Shown one piece after another: positions 23,726-37,359 of a stretch of DNA of 64,000 nucleotides (position 1 is the stretch's first letter; every line of letters begins with the position of its first letter). A model generated the notes under the pieces. That model did not search any database and was not told the origin of the DNA. It saw only the letters and a program-made list of their open reading frames with translations. Made by a program: the position numbers and the translations under genes. Origin of the DNA: Phoronis australis (Eukaryota > Animalia > Phoronida); the NCBI GenBank assembly GCA_002633005.1, contig NMRA01000297.1:211337-275336 (forward strand), given 5' to 3'.

Positions 23726-26700
23726 CCACGCACTACTGTGAATCATTACAAACCTCTTGGTTGACCTCCAGTTGAAAAGCTCGTGGCTCTGCATAAGCTT
23801 AGTCATGTTACTGAGTGGTGTTTAATGCCGTTCCAGCCACCCATCAGATTATTTCTTGTTATCGGTAAATTTCTATTATGAGAGTCTTTTTTCATTCCAT
23901 ATCATTGTAGTCTTAGAAAAAATATCTTCAGTATAACTAGTCGTTAAACTATGAAAAACTTACAATTAGCCGTCCATAATCCACTCATAAGTTTACCCGT
24001 TTTAAAGGTTAAAGTCATTTTTGTCTAGATCACGAAAAGTACTAGGTTTTTGGACTTCCGCCAAATTATCTTTCCGCTTGTGCGCCGTTGCAGTAAGTAT
24101 GGTTAGCGTGATTTGTCCGCCAAAATACCCAAGTATCATGGCTAGCTGAAAAGACTCAGCTCAAGGAGCAGAAGAGGCGGTGAAGGAGCTACCAGGACCA
24201 GCGCAACGGTAAACACAAAACTACAACTACGAAGCAGGACAAGGGTGAGGAGGATAGAGGAACTTACAGTAGCATCAGTAACATCACTATAGGGCTCTAG
24301 ACTAAACAATCTTACACGCTAACTTTTCACTCAGATGTTCTCATCAAAGTTTGCCTTTGCTCATGGTGCAATTTTTATTTCTGGCAGCTTGTGACTATGA
24401 ACAATTTTTGAACGTCCTTATCCATAAACAGAGATCTTTTCTAACTTCAACAATTCTTCCTCCGTTACGGTCTACAAAAGCGTTCTCATAACAGAATTGT
24501 TTCTCATTAACAGCGTCTGTCGTCCATTAAAGCTGCTCTTTGTTTGTCACAAGCTGTAGTTCGTATCTCATCAACCGAAACTCATTTCCAGTTGTCAGCT
24601 GCATCGGACAGATCGTAGTAGCAAACCGTTGTCCTACTCCTTGAGTTGGTAGTCATAAAACATGCATACAGTCAAAATTCCTGTTCTGCGACTTTCATAC
24701 TCATAATAAGCTCCACGAAATTGTGAGTGGGGACCTTTCCAGAGGGCGAGTTTTCTGTCATGGGTCATTCGGTGCTCTCTGTGGCGTTTGGTCGTTACCT
24801 AAAATATTTACTCTAGCTAAATTTGTGGTCCCCTTGAACGTTTCTCAGGTGACCCTGTGATCAGAGTTTGGTGCTACAGTCCTGTGGGTTGCCGGGCTAT
24901 AAAGCTGGGACCACTAACAACACGGTCAAAATAAAAGGGCGAAATGAATCAAATGTCAAACGTTAAGATTTTAAGAATGAAGAGAAAATAAATTTTGTAA
25001 ATGAATCTTTGTAATTAAGACCATGCATAAAGGATTTCTCATCCTTGAAATTATGTCATATTAGGGTATATCTTCCTACCTCCCCTTTCTCTCAAAATTG
25101 AGCTACCTCAGTTTTGTAGGATCCGTTTCGTGTTTCTGGCAGGACGTTTCCAGAGTGCAGACACAGACAGACATCCATTTCTAAACTTACTGGAGTGCAC
25201 TCTAAGTGCTTCTGTGATTAAAAACTGGTACCTTGTTCATCTATACCAAGTGCTCCGGGCTTCCGGTTTAGTAGAGGACCTTTTTGCCTAGCAAATTGGT
25301 AGATAGTGCATTTCCAATTCTTTGTTAAAAAGTTTCCACACTTTAAGCACAACACTTTTTCCAAAAAACAACCTTTATGGATTAAACTGCTTAGCAGTAG
25401 AGGGCGCTGTGAACAGCATTAACAGATCTCCGACAGAAAAAGTCCTTTTCTGGTAATCGCGGCCCGTAGTACATGTAGATTATGTATGGCTTACGCCGGT
25501 ACCAGAGTGAGGAACAGGTTGACGGTCTTTGATTGGCCACGTAGCTTTTAGCGTCAAATGCTCCCAACAGCTGTTGAATAGTCATTTGATCTGAAATGTG
25601 AATAATTCTATTCAATTTTGCGTTTTTTATTCTGATTTGGCGCCGATCATGTCACCTTAAACAAACCTACATTCTGTAAACATTACACAAATAACGATCT
25701 TGGTTTCTCAAACATTGCTGTGACATAACCATGTTTGGTTTACTTCGAGGAGTCAATTCGTAAGAACATGAATGCAGAAATTCGGTGTCATCGGCCGTAA
25801 GGTCCGCCTTCGTTTCAATTGATTACAGACACGGAGCAGGGTTTAAAGACAATTTTACAATCGAATGTCATGAACTTTTGACATTTTCCTTTCAAAACAA
25901 TAAATCAACAAAACTATATGACAAAAACAAAACAGTCACCATTTGCCCTCCGCCAAATGCCATGTTATGACATATTTCACGATACAATTTAGTTTTTGTT
26001 GAATATCTTTCTCGACACGTGTTGATGCTTTGGAGGACAAAAACTTATGCACTGTATAGGAGAACATAGAATACGAAGTTTATACCGTTGCTAATGGACT
26101 ATTGAGTCTACCAGCTTTCTTAAATGAAAGATATTAAAGTGACCGCTGTTCATTCTATATATGATTGGGAGAAAAATTTCGAAACAAAACAAATATGAGA
26201 TATGCTGTCTACTAATGGTATAATTTTCACTCATAACTTCAAGACGTTTGCATGTTGACATTGTCGCTGTTATGTCGCAGTTACCCAGAAGGACGCGATT
26301 GCCCAGTTGTTAATGTTTTAAAGAAACTCACTAACACATGCAAATTTTTCGATAACTTTTGCGCTGACAGTTACACCACTTTGGACGTCCGCGGGAAGGC
26401 TGAAATAGGTGGTAAGGGAACTCAATAAACAGGAGGCAGGGTACCAAACACACACTGACTATCGATCGTTGAAGTACTGTTTTTGCAGTGGTTTCAAGCC
26501 ATATATCAGTGTCGGTGTTCTGGTCAACTGCACGAGTTCCTATTATGTCTACTCACAGACTAGTAAGTTATGCGTTATCTTTCACTATATATGCTTATAG
26601 TATTGTGTTTCCTTCATATCGCCCAATTCTGAACTCAAAGTATGAAGCGGCTAATAGAACAGACCATACAGCCCTTTTAGCCCCACATTAAAAATATATT

Positions 26701-28949
26701 GAAGACTTGGTGCGCTTTTGCTGTGCTTGCCACATCAAAGCAAATCACCCTAAATCTTAAAATCCGTCAAGGAATGTCAACTTATGGGCAAGACTCTGCA
26801 CTGACTACTTGTACTTAATGCAATTGAAAACATATTAAGTTCTATATCTACATTTTGAGGGTCAGTCATTATGAAAGACGAATATTTCCAATGTAATCAA
26901 CTTGTTACTGGTGTGTATAAAACCTACAACTAGCACTGCTCCTTAGGTAGACAATGTGATGTGTATAAAGAAGCCAATAAAGGCACTAAACGTACACATC
27001 TGACTCTTTAATTATCATTTCAGTGAACAAATAAAACGAAATCAATGTCATAAATATCCTTCAGATGAAGCACTGACGGAAGACTGCAGAGACTGAACAA
27101 TCACCAGGGGGCTCTGAAAGGTCCAGGCCACTGTTATCTTCTTTAGTGAAACGTTGGCCAAATAATGGGTCATTTCACGAGCATCAGTGACCGTGAGACC
27201 AATCATTGAGTTGGGTAGGACATGGACATGTGCACGTCACACTAGAGTTAACACTCCATCATATCTCCTCCACAGAGTTGGTTGCATGTGCTACTATGTG
27301 GTTCGCCACCATGCCTGTATAAGGCAACACGGCGATTTCCTCATTGAATGTACAGCTTCTGTGTAGACAATGTTTGGAGATAACCAAATATTATCCCAGC
27401 ATAGGACAATCCCGGATGACTCTAATCTCGCTGCATTGTACCCACAATGCTGCAATATCCGTCAATCACTCTGTAGCCTCAACGTTTTCTCGCTATTGGA
27501 GTTCCGCATGTTCTTTGGGGCTGTATTCTTTGCATTTTTCTCGGCTGCATTAATCTAGTCGTCCTTCCAATACCAACGAAGCATTACTGCTGTGTTTTGG
27601 ACTGCAGCTCCAACGGAAGAAATTTGGATAAACTTGGGAAATGCCCGTGGTTGACGTTTTCTCCTTGCCGACATTAATCCAAGACGAGGAAATGCGGCTA
27701 AGTGGATAAAATAAGTTGTCTGGTTAATTCAAAACGGATTAGAACCCCCTTTTTGGAGATACCCTTACTTCAATTCCAGTTGTTTCGAACGTTTGAATAT
27801 TTCCACCGTCATACTCGACTGACCTGTGAACATGTGATATGGCAAAGTGAGGAACGCGCTTTCTTGTCTCAGGGGACGTAGGAGAGTTTGGCGCTGTGTA
27901 ATCCGGGATTGCCCATTTGCGAGTGAGATCTTCCACTACCCTGTTGCTTAAAACCTTGGTACGACAATGACACTTTGATCAAGCACAAAACAGAAGAACT
28001 CTTTCAACTGTTTCGTTACGTGAAGAGTCACGTCGCAATCGACACCAAGTAGACTCAGTGCAAAGTGGAACTTAGAGTCTATACAAACCTGCTAAGGACC
28101 CCATCGTTGCTTTACCTGGTGCAAACGTTTACAGTGAATAAGTAATGCCATAACAATGGAGCTCAGATATTGTCATCGCTCAGGGACTGGCGACATTATA
28201 GACTATGAAAGAGCAGAATCACAAAAACCAGTTCTCCCTTAGATGTTCTTTAATAATATATCAGCTAACACTAGCGATTCCTGCCGTTAATAATGTACGA
28301 GCTGACACTTTTATCAACATCTGAAGTGCTTAACCATCTCATCGGAAACATTTGACACTATAACAAATAATAATAAAAATATATTGTAAAGGATAAGTAA
28401 GTAAAGTACAGTACTAAAGGTCAGTCGGTACAAAAGCCACAATTTAAAAGAATAAATCACCATGTTACAATAAACAAGCGTGCTAATGAACCCAAACTAG
28501 AAATCTTGTACATGGGGAATGATGTACATTTAGTAGTGCTGATGGAAAGTTCAATTGTATAGAATATTCCACGAGATGTCGCAAAATAACGAAACTTTGG
28601 TAATGGCGACAATAATTTGCATAGCAAGCACACGTGGGGCATTTGCTTGGCTTGTTAACGTCAATTATTATTTAGCATGACATCTCAATCAACCATTTAG
28701 AAATTTTCGACATACAGTAGAAGAACTTTTCAAAAAAATCCGTAAGCATCTTTATTTATATCCTTAAGTGCACCGCGGGACGTGGAACTTACAAGAATAA
28801 CGAGTCATTAGCAAGAGTAAGCTCCGGGTGTTGGCGTCTTGGTGATTCTAGAATAGATGGCATAAGAGATACTATGAGAAAGGACCCTAGAGAAAAGAAC
28901 CATGGAAATGAGTGGAACTGGGCTGTTAGTTATGTGGCGAGGGAACAGT

Positions 28950-29275
28950 TACAGAAATAAAACAACACGTAGAATTAAAACTGTTTCAACCAGTTGGCAT
29001 TGAAGTCCATGGATTAACTAATAGTTCATTTTAATGCGTCATTGTTTCCTTTGTATCAATAGTATCCGTGTTTTATTCTTTGTAGAATACTTAAATTTAC
29101 ATTTTAAATAAACTTGCATTGTATCTTGTTTCATTGTAGATGTACTTATTTCTGTTGTTATTTATAATGTTCTTCTGAATTGTCAACATCTATTCAATTT
29201 ATTGTTACTCGGTGGTCAGCTATTAGCGGCCTTTGCCTTTGCTGGCCACCCAGTCATAAAACAATGTATATTTAT
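28950..29275 (+). mobile_element. Probable LINE (CR1/L2-type) 3' UTR relic
   Basis: T-rich tract followed by the stem-loop GGTGGTCAGC...GCTGGCCACC (29211-29250) and an A-rich tail; no clear RT motif. Confidence 0.35.
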
Positions 29276-30199
29276 ATTATTTAAAAAAATAAGTTTCTCA
29301 CTCTCTTTTCTCTCATGTAGTATAGAATCTGTCTTCAATAGTCATTGGGTTAGGATAAGCGTGCACCATGCCAAAACAGTTTCCAGTTAAATCACTGTCA
29401 GTCGTTGAATGAATGCCATCTTTAGGCAAAATTAAAAAATTAATTGAATTTTATTTGTATTATAGTTTGAAACTTATTTACTCCTCACAAAATCAATTAT
29501 TATTTAAATCTTGTCTTTCATTTTGCAATTCTGTTTGTTTGACTTATTTTCAGTATATTTTTACTGGGAGCATATATGGAAAGCAGTGAGATCTGATGAG
29601 CCTACCCTCATTGTAAATATTACAATAATAAATAAATAAATGAAGACATATTTCTGGAACCACTTGACAGAATCTCAGGATCTTTGGGTCAATTCTTATG
29701 TTCACCTTACGAAGTAATTCCAGGTCAGGATCACGTGACACTTTCCGCCAAAAACGTACATAGCATTCAAACCACAGGCAATATGTGCAGGTTTCACAAG
29801 GAATTGCGATCTTGGTGCAAATGACCATTTTGAGTTGCCCTTTCAAGCCAGGTGAAAGGTAAGTTACGTCGACCTCATTAACTCGTATTTTAATGCCCAA
29901 TTAGGTCGTAATTGCAATAATTTACTTTTGAGCATATCTCTCAAACCATTTGGAGGTATCGGAAGATCTGTGGCTAAATTCTTACCGGTATGTTATCCTG
30001 GGCGCCCAGCTAATTTTTGACACTTTCAGTGCCATCCTAGTACAAAGTCACGGGACAATTTTCCAAAAAAGTACATTATAGTTAAAAAGGGCCAGTATTT
30101 GCAAATTATATAAGAAATAAATACGCACACTTTGCCCGAATGATCATTTTGAGTTGCTTTCGAAAACAAATGGGCGAAATGTTCCACTATAACCACCAC

Positions 30200-30322
30200 A
30201 CCGGGACACACAGAACCCGGGACACAGAAAACTGGACACATAGAACCCGGGGCACATAGATTCCTGATATACATTAAACGGGACACAAAGAACCAGTGAC
30301 ACATAAAATCCGGGACACATAG
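30200..30322. repeat. ~17-20-bp degenerate minisatellite
   Basis: (CCGGGACACAYAGAAC)n-like units, about 7 copies. Confidence 0.85.
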
Positions 30323-31000
30323 GGATGGCCCCGACCAGGCACACCACTGGTGGCTCAATCAGTGTAACATCTTATTCTACGTAAAGTGATAATTTCTGCA
30401 CGATTCATATTTATTACTCTGCACGTTGAAAAGCCTTTTTACCCATCAAAAGATACTCGTTAACGAACCGTATGGCGCTGCATATGTGCAGGCCTACATG
30501 TAAATTAAAGCACAGGCCAGTCATACCGTACACTTGATTAACGAGCATCAAGTTTGGAATATTTTATAAAAACCCTTTCCAACACGTACATGTACCTGTG
30601 CTTGTATTTATGCAAAACCTCTCTGTAAAAATTCTTAGGTAGAACCAAACGCTCTGCAAATCTTGTAAAAGTTAGTGTTTCGATTAATTTCTATGAATAT
30701 GAAATAAAGGGAAATCTCTATCATTCGAGCTCAAACAGCAGTCTCTCGACTGATTTTGCCAATCTGATGAAGCGTAATCATAAAAGAATTTGATGTTTCA
30801 GTACAAAATGACGACTGTCGATGGTATTCGAGGAAATCTATATGATATTTCCCCGAACAGCGAAGTGCAGATACGCCTATCAGAGGTTAATTTCTCACAT
30901 GACAATGTTTTTTGGACAAAGTTGGAGGATTAATCTGGATGACTATATTCGCCTCCGTCAACCACACGTATGTTCTCGCCGCAGGGTTGCCCACACTTAA

Positions 31001-32356
31001 AGGAGAAGGCATCCTTTTCCATGTCATTTTTAGTAAAAATACGGTTCGTTGATTATCCCAGGCATTTGTTTCTGTAAAGAATAGCTTCCCTTAATTATAT
31101 TAATTTAGGGTCTCTTACTCCTGAAGTTACCTTTAGGTGGTTAAGAATTTCTCGCCATTTCATTTTCACATAGTCTGGCAGTGTGATCTGTCGAGTCAGT
31201 CATTATTTTACCTCGGTTGTGATAAGTTCGTTTGTTGTTTGCGTTTGTTTACGAGTCACGGTTGCTGCGTACCGGGGTGTACTCAGTATCGTCTCACGCA
31301 CTTTGGGTATGTCCTTACACCGGCGCTTTCCGAAAGATGGCACGCTCCGACGTACTTGGCCCGTTCGTGTGAAGAACGCAGCGTTACCGCCCACGCAACG
31401 TACAAAGGATTAAATAATTACCGAGGGTGTAACAAGCATTTTCTACCGTTGGAATACGAAAGCGATATGTATTCGGAATTGATTAAGGTTCCTGCAAAAC
31501 AACGCCTGAAGAAGGTTGCCATACTGTCGCTGCTGATCGGATTCCCGGCAGTGCCCCGTCACCACCCCCGAGAAGTGCATTTTTGAAGCGAGTAGCCTCG
31601 AGAGCTGTGGCCTCTATAGTGACTGAAGGCGCTTCATCTACTGTTATCCGTAAATCGAACTTACCCCAGAGCGTGCAATTCCGGGAGGTAGCAGTGATTC
31701 GCCCTGTGCTGGTGTTGTCTCCAGCCCAGAGCCTGTTAGTAGCCCTGCAGCGATGCAGTTGTATAGTGGTCAATTCAGGCCACGTTGGACACCCAGTGGG
31801 GATGACAGTTCGTCGTCCAGTGGTCAGGCCGGTGATCCAAATTTTCATAAGCAGATTTTGGACTTGACGAAAGTATTGGAGCATAGGCATTCCATTGAGG
31901 TCGGCACACCAGTGCACACCTTGCACTTGCACCAAGACGTCCCACCACATCTGTCCCCAGTCTCTGCCTCATCCCTGTCAACAGCTGCTTGTATTCAGCC
32001 TCACTATACTCGGGCTCAAACATATATCCACCCACAGCTACTACAAACTAAAAGATTCGTAAATCCAACGTAAATGAGTTGTCTAATGACCTAGCTTGAC
32101 TCGTCGATGGAAAGTGGTGACGACAATTTTAGGAGACCAGCACAAAAGCAACAGTAGAACAGATCGTCACAGTAACTCGAACGCACTAGAAACGAAACGG
32201 CGGGAAATACTTATCCACCTGAACATCAATTCCGGAGTAGTGCGCGACTAATTCAAAAAAATTGTGAAGACCCGTAACTAACTGAAGCATATGTGTTGGA
32301 TAATGAACGAGCGGTATTTTTACTAAAAATAACACGAACAAAGGTTGCCTTCCCCT
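31001..32356 (+). mobile_element. Kolobok-like DNA transposon, internally deleted, carrying a THAP relic
   Basis: TTAA|AGGAGAAGGCATCCTTT...TTTTTAGTAAAAATACGGTTCGTTGATTATCC at the left is inverted at the right as ...AAAGGTTGCCTTCCCCT|TTAA; ~60-bp TIR, TTAA at 30997-31000 and 32357-32360, RR termini. Confidence 0.85.
31250..31535 (+). pseudogene. Frameshifted THAP domain inside the Kolobok-like element
   Basis: Across two frames: HGCCVPGCTQ / GMSLHRRFPKDGTLRRTWPVRVKN / NNYRGCNKHFLPLEYE...QRLKKVAILSL; C2CH ligands, FP, W and an AVP-like box. Confidence 0.85.
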
Positions 32357-34114
32357 TTAACGACTAACAGCTGCTTTGTCTTAACATGCAAAGTTGTTTC
32401 AACTGACGTCACTTCACGGTCGAGGGAAGCTACAAAATTTGATATCTAAAAGGAATGGCATAAAACCCATAAACATTTGTAATAAGGTCTAAGCTACAGT
32501 ATACTCACTCGTGTAATGTCTTTCTCGTGATTCTCTATAAAAATTTCTAAAACACGTGATGCCCTTTAACGCCGTTTTAATCACTTTTATTGTACGCGAT
32601 CAAGTTCAACAAGTTAATCTTTCAACCCATGACAATTTTGCTGACATTTTTTTTACAGTGTGCACGTGAAATATTCTTGAGCACACAGCGAACATGCCAA
32701 CACCACACTTGCAGTTGAAAAAGACAGAAGCCGTCAAGATGGACCAACTAAACACAAATCACACACAACAACGTTTCCATGTTCATAGGCCATGTACCAG
32801 TTCGGACGCATTGTTCAAGCAAACTACTGGTTTCTGCCCAAGGGGTCAAGCGCGTATGAGATGGCAGCTTCTATTCAAGTATAGGACACGCTCCGTGTCA
32901 CTGTTAGGAATATACTATAAAACACGCATGTTTTCTTCGAGCTCGATTGTCTGCTTACGTTTAGCTTGCCCCCACCTGCTACATCCATGCATGGGGCCTG
33001 TTCTCAGTAACAGACGGGGGGGGGGGGTCCGGTTGGGCTTTGACTTCCTTACGCCAGTCCATGGCTATGTTAGGTATTGGCTGGGATTGAAGGGATTGTA
33101 CGCTACAGTTTTTGACGTGAGGTCATGTTTCGTATCACGTGTAATCACTTTGAACGTGAGGTGGACGTGCCTGGGGCGCATGATTAAATATGTATGTTTG
33201 GAAGTCAAGCAAATGAACGCAGGCCAACTGAGCTTCTCAGCACAGTAGAGCCAGCTAAATTCGTCTAAAATACCAGGCAACTTGTTTGCAAGACATTTTA
33301 TTAAACATCTATTAAGCAATTTTAATTAAAAGAACGGCAACTCTGTTCAGTTTCGAATTTTCTACATAGAAATATATTCTCAAAGTTTTACTTTGCGGGT
33401 CCAAACCACAGTGCGTGTGTTAAATGAAGAGTCACTGCATGCGAAAATTAGGGAAACTGAACTATTCTAGGAGCACGCGACATGTCAAGAAAATCATGCG
33501 TTGACCTATCTCCAAAATTACATTATTTTTCATTTCATTAGTTATTTTCAAAAAATGAAACATTTGCAGAAATTGTTGCAATAAGCTCGGGCGTTTTTAA
33601 GCAGCTTTGACATTTCCGTGGACGTTTTCTTATGGAACGTTTTAAAAAAATTCTGGAAGTGTTTTGAAAAATCAAATGTGTTCGCTAATTATTCGTTCTA
33701 CCACCCTTTTCACAGACCTGTTTACACTGTACAAAATCATTTGGTGATCTGAGAACAATACACACGAGAATCGTTTTACTGACTTCTACCTTAAGTCAAG
33801 CCAGTGTCAGACTGCCCTGGATTTTAAATGAAATTAAATCGCTTATTTGTGATTGAATTAGCCTGTTAGCACTGCTAGTAGGTTTCAATAATTTAAAGCT
33901 ACTCTTGTTACAAGTCTGTCGTCTTGTGAGGTGTATGTGACATCGTTATTCACCACTTGTGAAATTAGTTTCCGGTAACAAATTGACTAACTTGGCACTC
34001 CTGTAAAACGTCGTTCGCTTTTATTGTGCAAGGTAACTCAATGTTCTCGTGATCATTGGCCACAAAAGTACAGAAAAAAATACAATGTAGTGTGTAAAGC
34101 AGTAGAGGTTATCA

Positions 34115-34221
34115 TAGTCTAGGGACGACAGTTGATCAACTATTGGACGATGTGTGCGTAGTCTAGGGACGACAGTTGATCAACTATTGGACGATGTGTG
34201 CATAGTCTAGGGACGACAGTT
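34115..34221. repeat. 44-bp tandem repeat x2.4
   Basis: TAGTCTAGGGACGACAGTTGATCAACTATTGGACGATGTGTGCR starts at 34115, 34159, 34203. Confidence 0.95.
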
Positions 34222-34909
34222 TATCGACAAATATCTAGGACAAATTTTCCTCCTCACGTTACCATTTTGCCTCTGACCTGTTGTATTTCTCAATAGGTAA
34301 TTTCGACATTGTATTTAATTTTCTCAAATGAAGTTGAAATTTCTTTACATGTCCATTTAAACAAAATAAATATTACTGCTTATCAAACGCGTTCCCGGTG
34401 TCTCGGTCTAAAGTTTGGCTGCACGTCATTTTCAAACACTATGAACTGTCATTGACACTATTTAAAAGTTCAAAAATCAAAATACATTGCTACAGTGAAA
34501 TAAAGTCTCGTGTTTCCCAGCAACCTGGTCACTACTGACTATTCCACAGTGTCAAACATCATCACCTGTGCCTTTGGTTGACAGAATGTGGCTGTGTTCG
34601 TATGAGCCCTAGCTGGACACGAGCAAGGAAAAACAAAAAATGGACGTGTGATGTTGACAGCTAACCTCGTTGAACTTATGTTCACTTAGTTCCAAGAATT
34701 AAGAGCAGAACAATTCACATCCTGTTTTTTGTGGCATTCAGCCCCTAAGAACAGTCTCAAGCTCCGTTCACATGAACAGAACGCCAATTTGAACCTGATA
34801 TTTTTGCAATGCGTATTTAATGGCACTGGCTATTTTTCTTCAATGAACATCACAATTAAGACGCGTGGCATTTGACTTTGCACATTTTCTGCCAAAACGT
34901 GTAACAATG

Positions 34910-35698
34910 TTTATACCACATTATTAGCCTCGAATGGTCAATACAACCGTGTAATAACCCATTTAGTTATCTCACTAGTAAAATAACATTTTGGCGGGAA
35001 CCGACGCCCGTTTCGAACCCTGGCAGCAAGAATTTCGAGTCATCGACTTTAACACTGCACCACTCAGCGGCTGACATCGAACTTGAAAATAAAATATTTA
35101 AATGAGCACGCGCAAGAATCACATGTTCAACAAAGGGCGTTGTTACCGACACTCACAGGCTATGAAAAATAAAATAATTTCCATAAAAACGATATTTTAA
35201 TCCAGTGAATTTTTTCTCTCATGTTCTCTCACTTGTAAATCACCGATATCCAATTTGATCGCGGATATCGTGTTGTCGGGATCCTTTCACTTGAACATTA
35301 TACTCAGTTACCAGTGGTAACCTACTTTAGCAGACTATATTTTTCCGGTCGAAGCTTAGCGTGATAAAATGTGTGGTAAGCTATAATAGTTGCTAAACCT
35401 TAATTTATAGATTCACTTGTTTAAATTTTCAATTGGTTTTCTTAAAAGGTCACGACCTCCGACCCCCGGCCTCTGACATGGAAAGTAGTTACAAAGCCGA
35501 GGCCAGTCGAGAAAGGTAGATCGATTCATTGTAAGATTTCTCGTTCAGTATGTGGTATAAATAGATTATTTCATATTCTCAGTCGTTATCCCCCTTAACT
35601 AGAGCCCTCGTGAATTTTGGAGAATCATCGCCCTCGGGGCTGACGCCACTCTGGATCTAGAATACGGGGGATTACCTCTTCACCGTGTAATAATCTAT
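34910..35698 (+). mobile_element. Composite interspersed repeat, copy 1 (TIR module plus fold-back module)
   Basis: TTTATACCACAT...ATGTGGTATAAA (34910-35561), followed directly by ATAGATTATT...AATAATCTAT (35561-35698); collinear with 42961-43670. Confidence 0.85.
34999..35075 (-). other. tRNA-like/SINE-head relic inside repeat copy 1
   Basis: Minus strand has A-box-like TGGTGCAGTG, loop-like GACTCGAAATTC and B-box GGTTCGAAAC; stems imperfect, so not a functional tRNA. Confidence 0.45.
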
Positions 35699-36729
35699 AT
35701 TTATCGCTTTATTTGTTACGTATCGTTACCTGGACTATCTGAAGTAGTCAAATTCTCCAAGGACACAAATTGCTAAGGCGCTCGATAGGCGAACACTCTG
35801 AATGTTCTTGGCCGTCGGACAAAGGATTGGTGTTCAATGAAGCACTTCCGGTTTATAGAGACTAATCTTAACGACACTACAAAACCGACCAATTCAATCT
35901 GGTGCATCAGTACTTCCTCCATGACAAGGAATAATTCCGGGCCGGTTTTGTTGGAGCAGGAATAAGTCGTCTAGTTCGGTGTTGTTTGTTTTCAGACAAA
36001 CAAATAGAAAAATGTGCCAGTGCAGTGCACACGTACTTAGTCACACTTCGTGGCAGAGACAGTGCGACGAGGAAACGTACCGGAACGTGGTTTGTCACTT
36101 TTTGTTGCCATTTCTGTTCATACAACTTGTAGCAAAAGAGACTGGAAAATAAAAAAATAGAAGACTGGTGTAGTTTTCATAAAAAGACCCAATCTCAGGA
36201 CTGTATTATAGTCATGTAAAACGGTCACTTTCAGAGAAACACAGTTCCTCTGATAACTACGTTTTATCAGGCCACCCTCGACAATGCAGCGTTATTTGGT
36301 GGAAGAAGAATGAGCGTTCTTTTCAGACATTTCAACTTCTCCGAGCTTAAGTAAGAAACTTGGTCTTACGCTCCACAAACTATTTCCTAAACATAATTAG
36401 ATCTTACTACAGTAAAGTCTCTAAGAAAATACACATAACTGTTAGTTACGGGTATAATTTCTTTAAATGTTTTTTGACTGTGAAGCACTCATGGTTCACA
36501 TTTTCATCAACTGAGAAGCATGGCCAAATTTCTGTCTTAGGTGTTAGGTCACTTTCCTGCAACAGACCGCAGGTAAGTTGAGACTAATGGATTTTTAATG
36601 CAAAGTTGTCCAGTAAAACCTATTAACTTTGGTCAGGACCAGAATGTCCGTTTTAACGCTACGACGTGTTTATTACTACTGCAGAGGCAACGCTGCATCG
36701 TATGTTGAGTGTCAAAACTACATTTCATG

Positions 36730-37036
36730 CAATGGCGGATCTAGGATACCATAAGGGAGGGGGCAACATGTTGTCTCGGGCAAGTGGGCAAAGCGCGATT
36801 GTATATGCAGCGCAGGCCCGAATGATGCCGAGCCGGACATGTGAATCTTCTGTCCGGTAAATCTACCACTGGACTAAAAAAAAAACGGAACGGTGCAATC
36901 TAGGGTCTGAACTCCCCTTTCTCTGCTACTGGTCCTATTTCCTCACGCTTACCGCTGTTGCTGTTCCGTTTTGCTTGCGGCAACCAGCCAAGGTGGGAAG
37001 GCCCGGGCCCCCTGCCCCCCCCTAAATCCACCTATG
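36730..37036 (-). mobile_element. Second copy of the 14768 hAT-like MITE, inverted
   Basis: CAATGGCGGATCTAGGATACCATAA...CCCCCTAAATCCACCTATG is the reverse complement of the 14768-15107 termini; no intact TSD. Confidence 0.8.
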
Positions 37037-37359
37037 TTATGGGAAATCGAATACTGTATAGGAAACAACTTTTTCAAGTTGTGTCGCTTTTGCTAGTATA
37101 AGTATTTTCGTTTGGGTAAAATGCAAACTCATAATTTTATTACGCCTATTCTAGATTTTGTCGGACCTTTTCTGACAATTTCTCAGATTGAAATTTAAAT
37201 GTTGTCAATAGATGTCGACACCGTATGGTACAAAGACGACGAGCACACCTTCCCACTGCCGCTAGATGGCGAGACCGTCTTTTCCACGAGTAGGCTCGCC
37301 TAGAACAGATGAACAATATTTCGTGGAAATCGACGACGTTTCATGTTTCCGCTGAAAAA

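Noticed and set aside
27150-27950. Possible protease or PHD-like transposon relic on the minus strand
   Set aside because: Only scattered Cys/His fragments interrupted by stops; no family can be supported without a search
32694-33248. 184-aa ATG-initiated ORF
   Set aside because: No recognisable domain, runs through a G-tract repeat, no supporting exon structure
35990-36350. Possible piggyBac cysteine-rich C-terminal relic
   Set aside because: Motif spacing incomplete and no TTAA-CCC termini found
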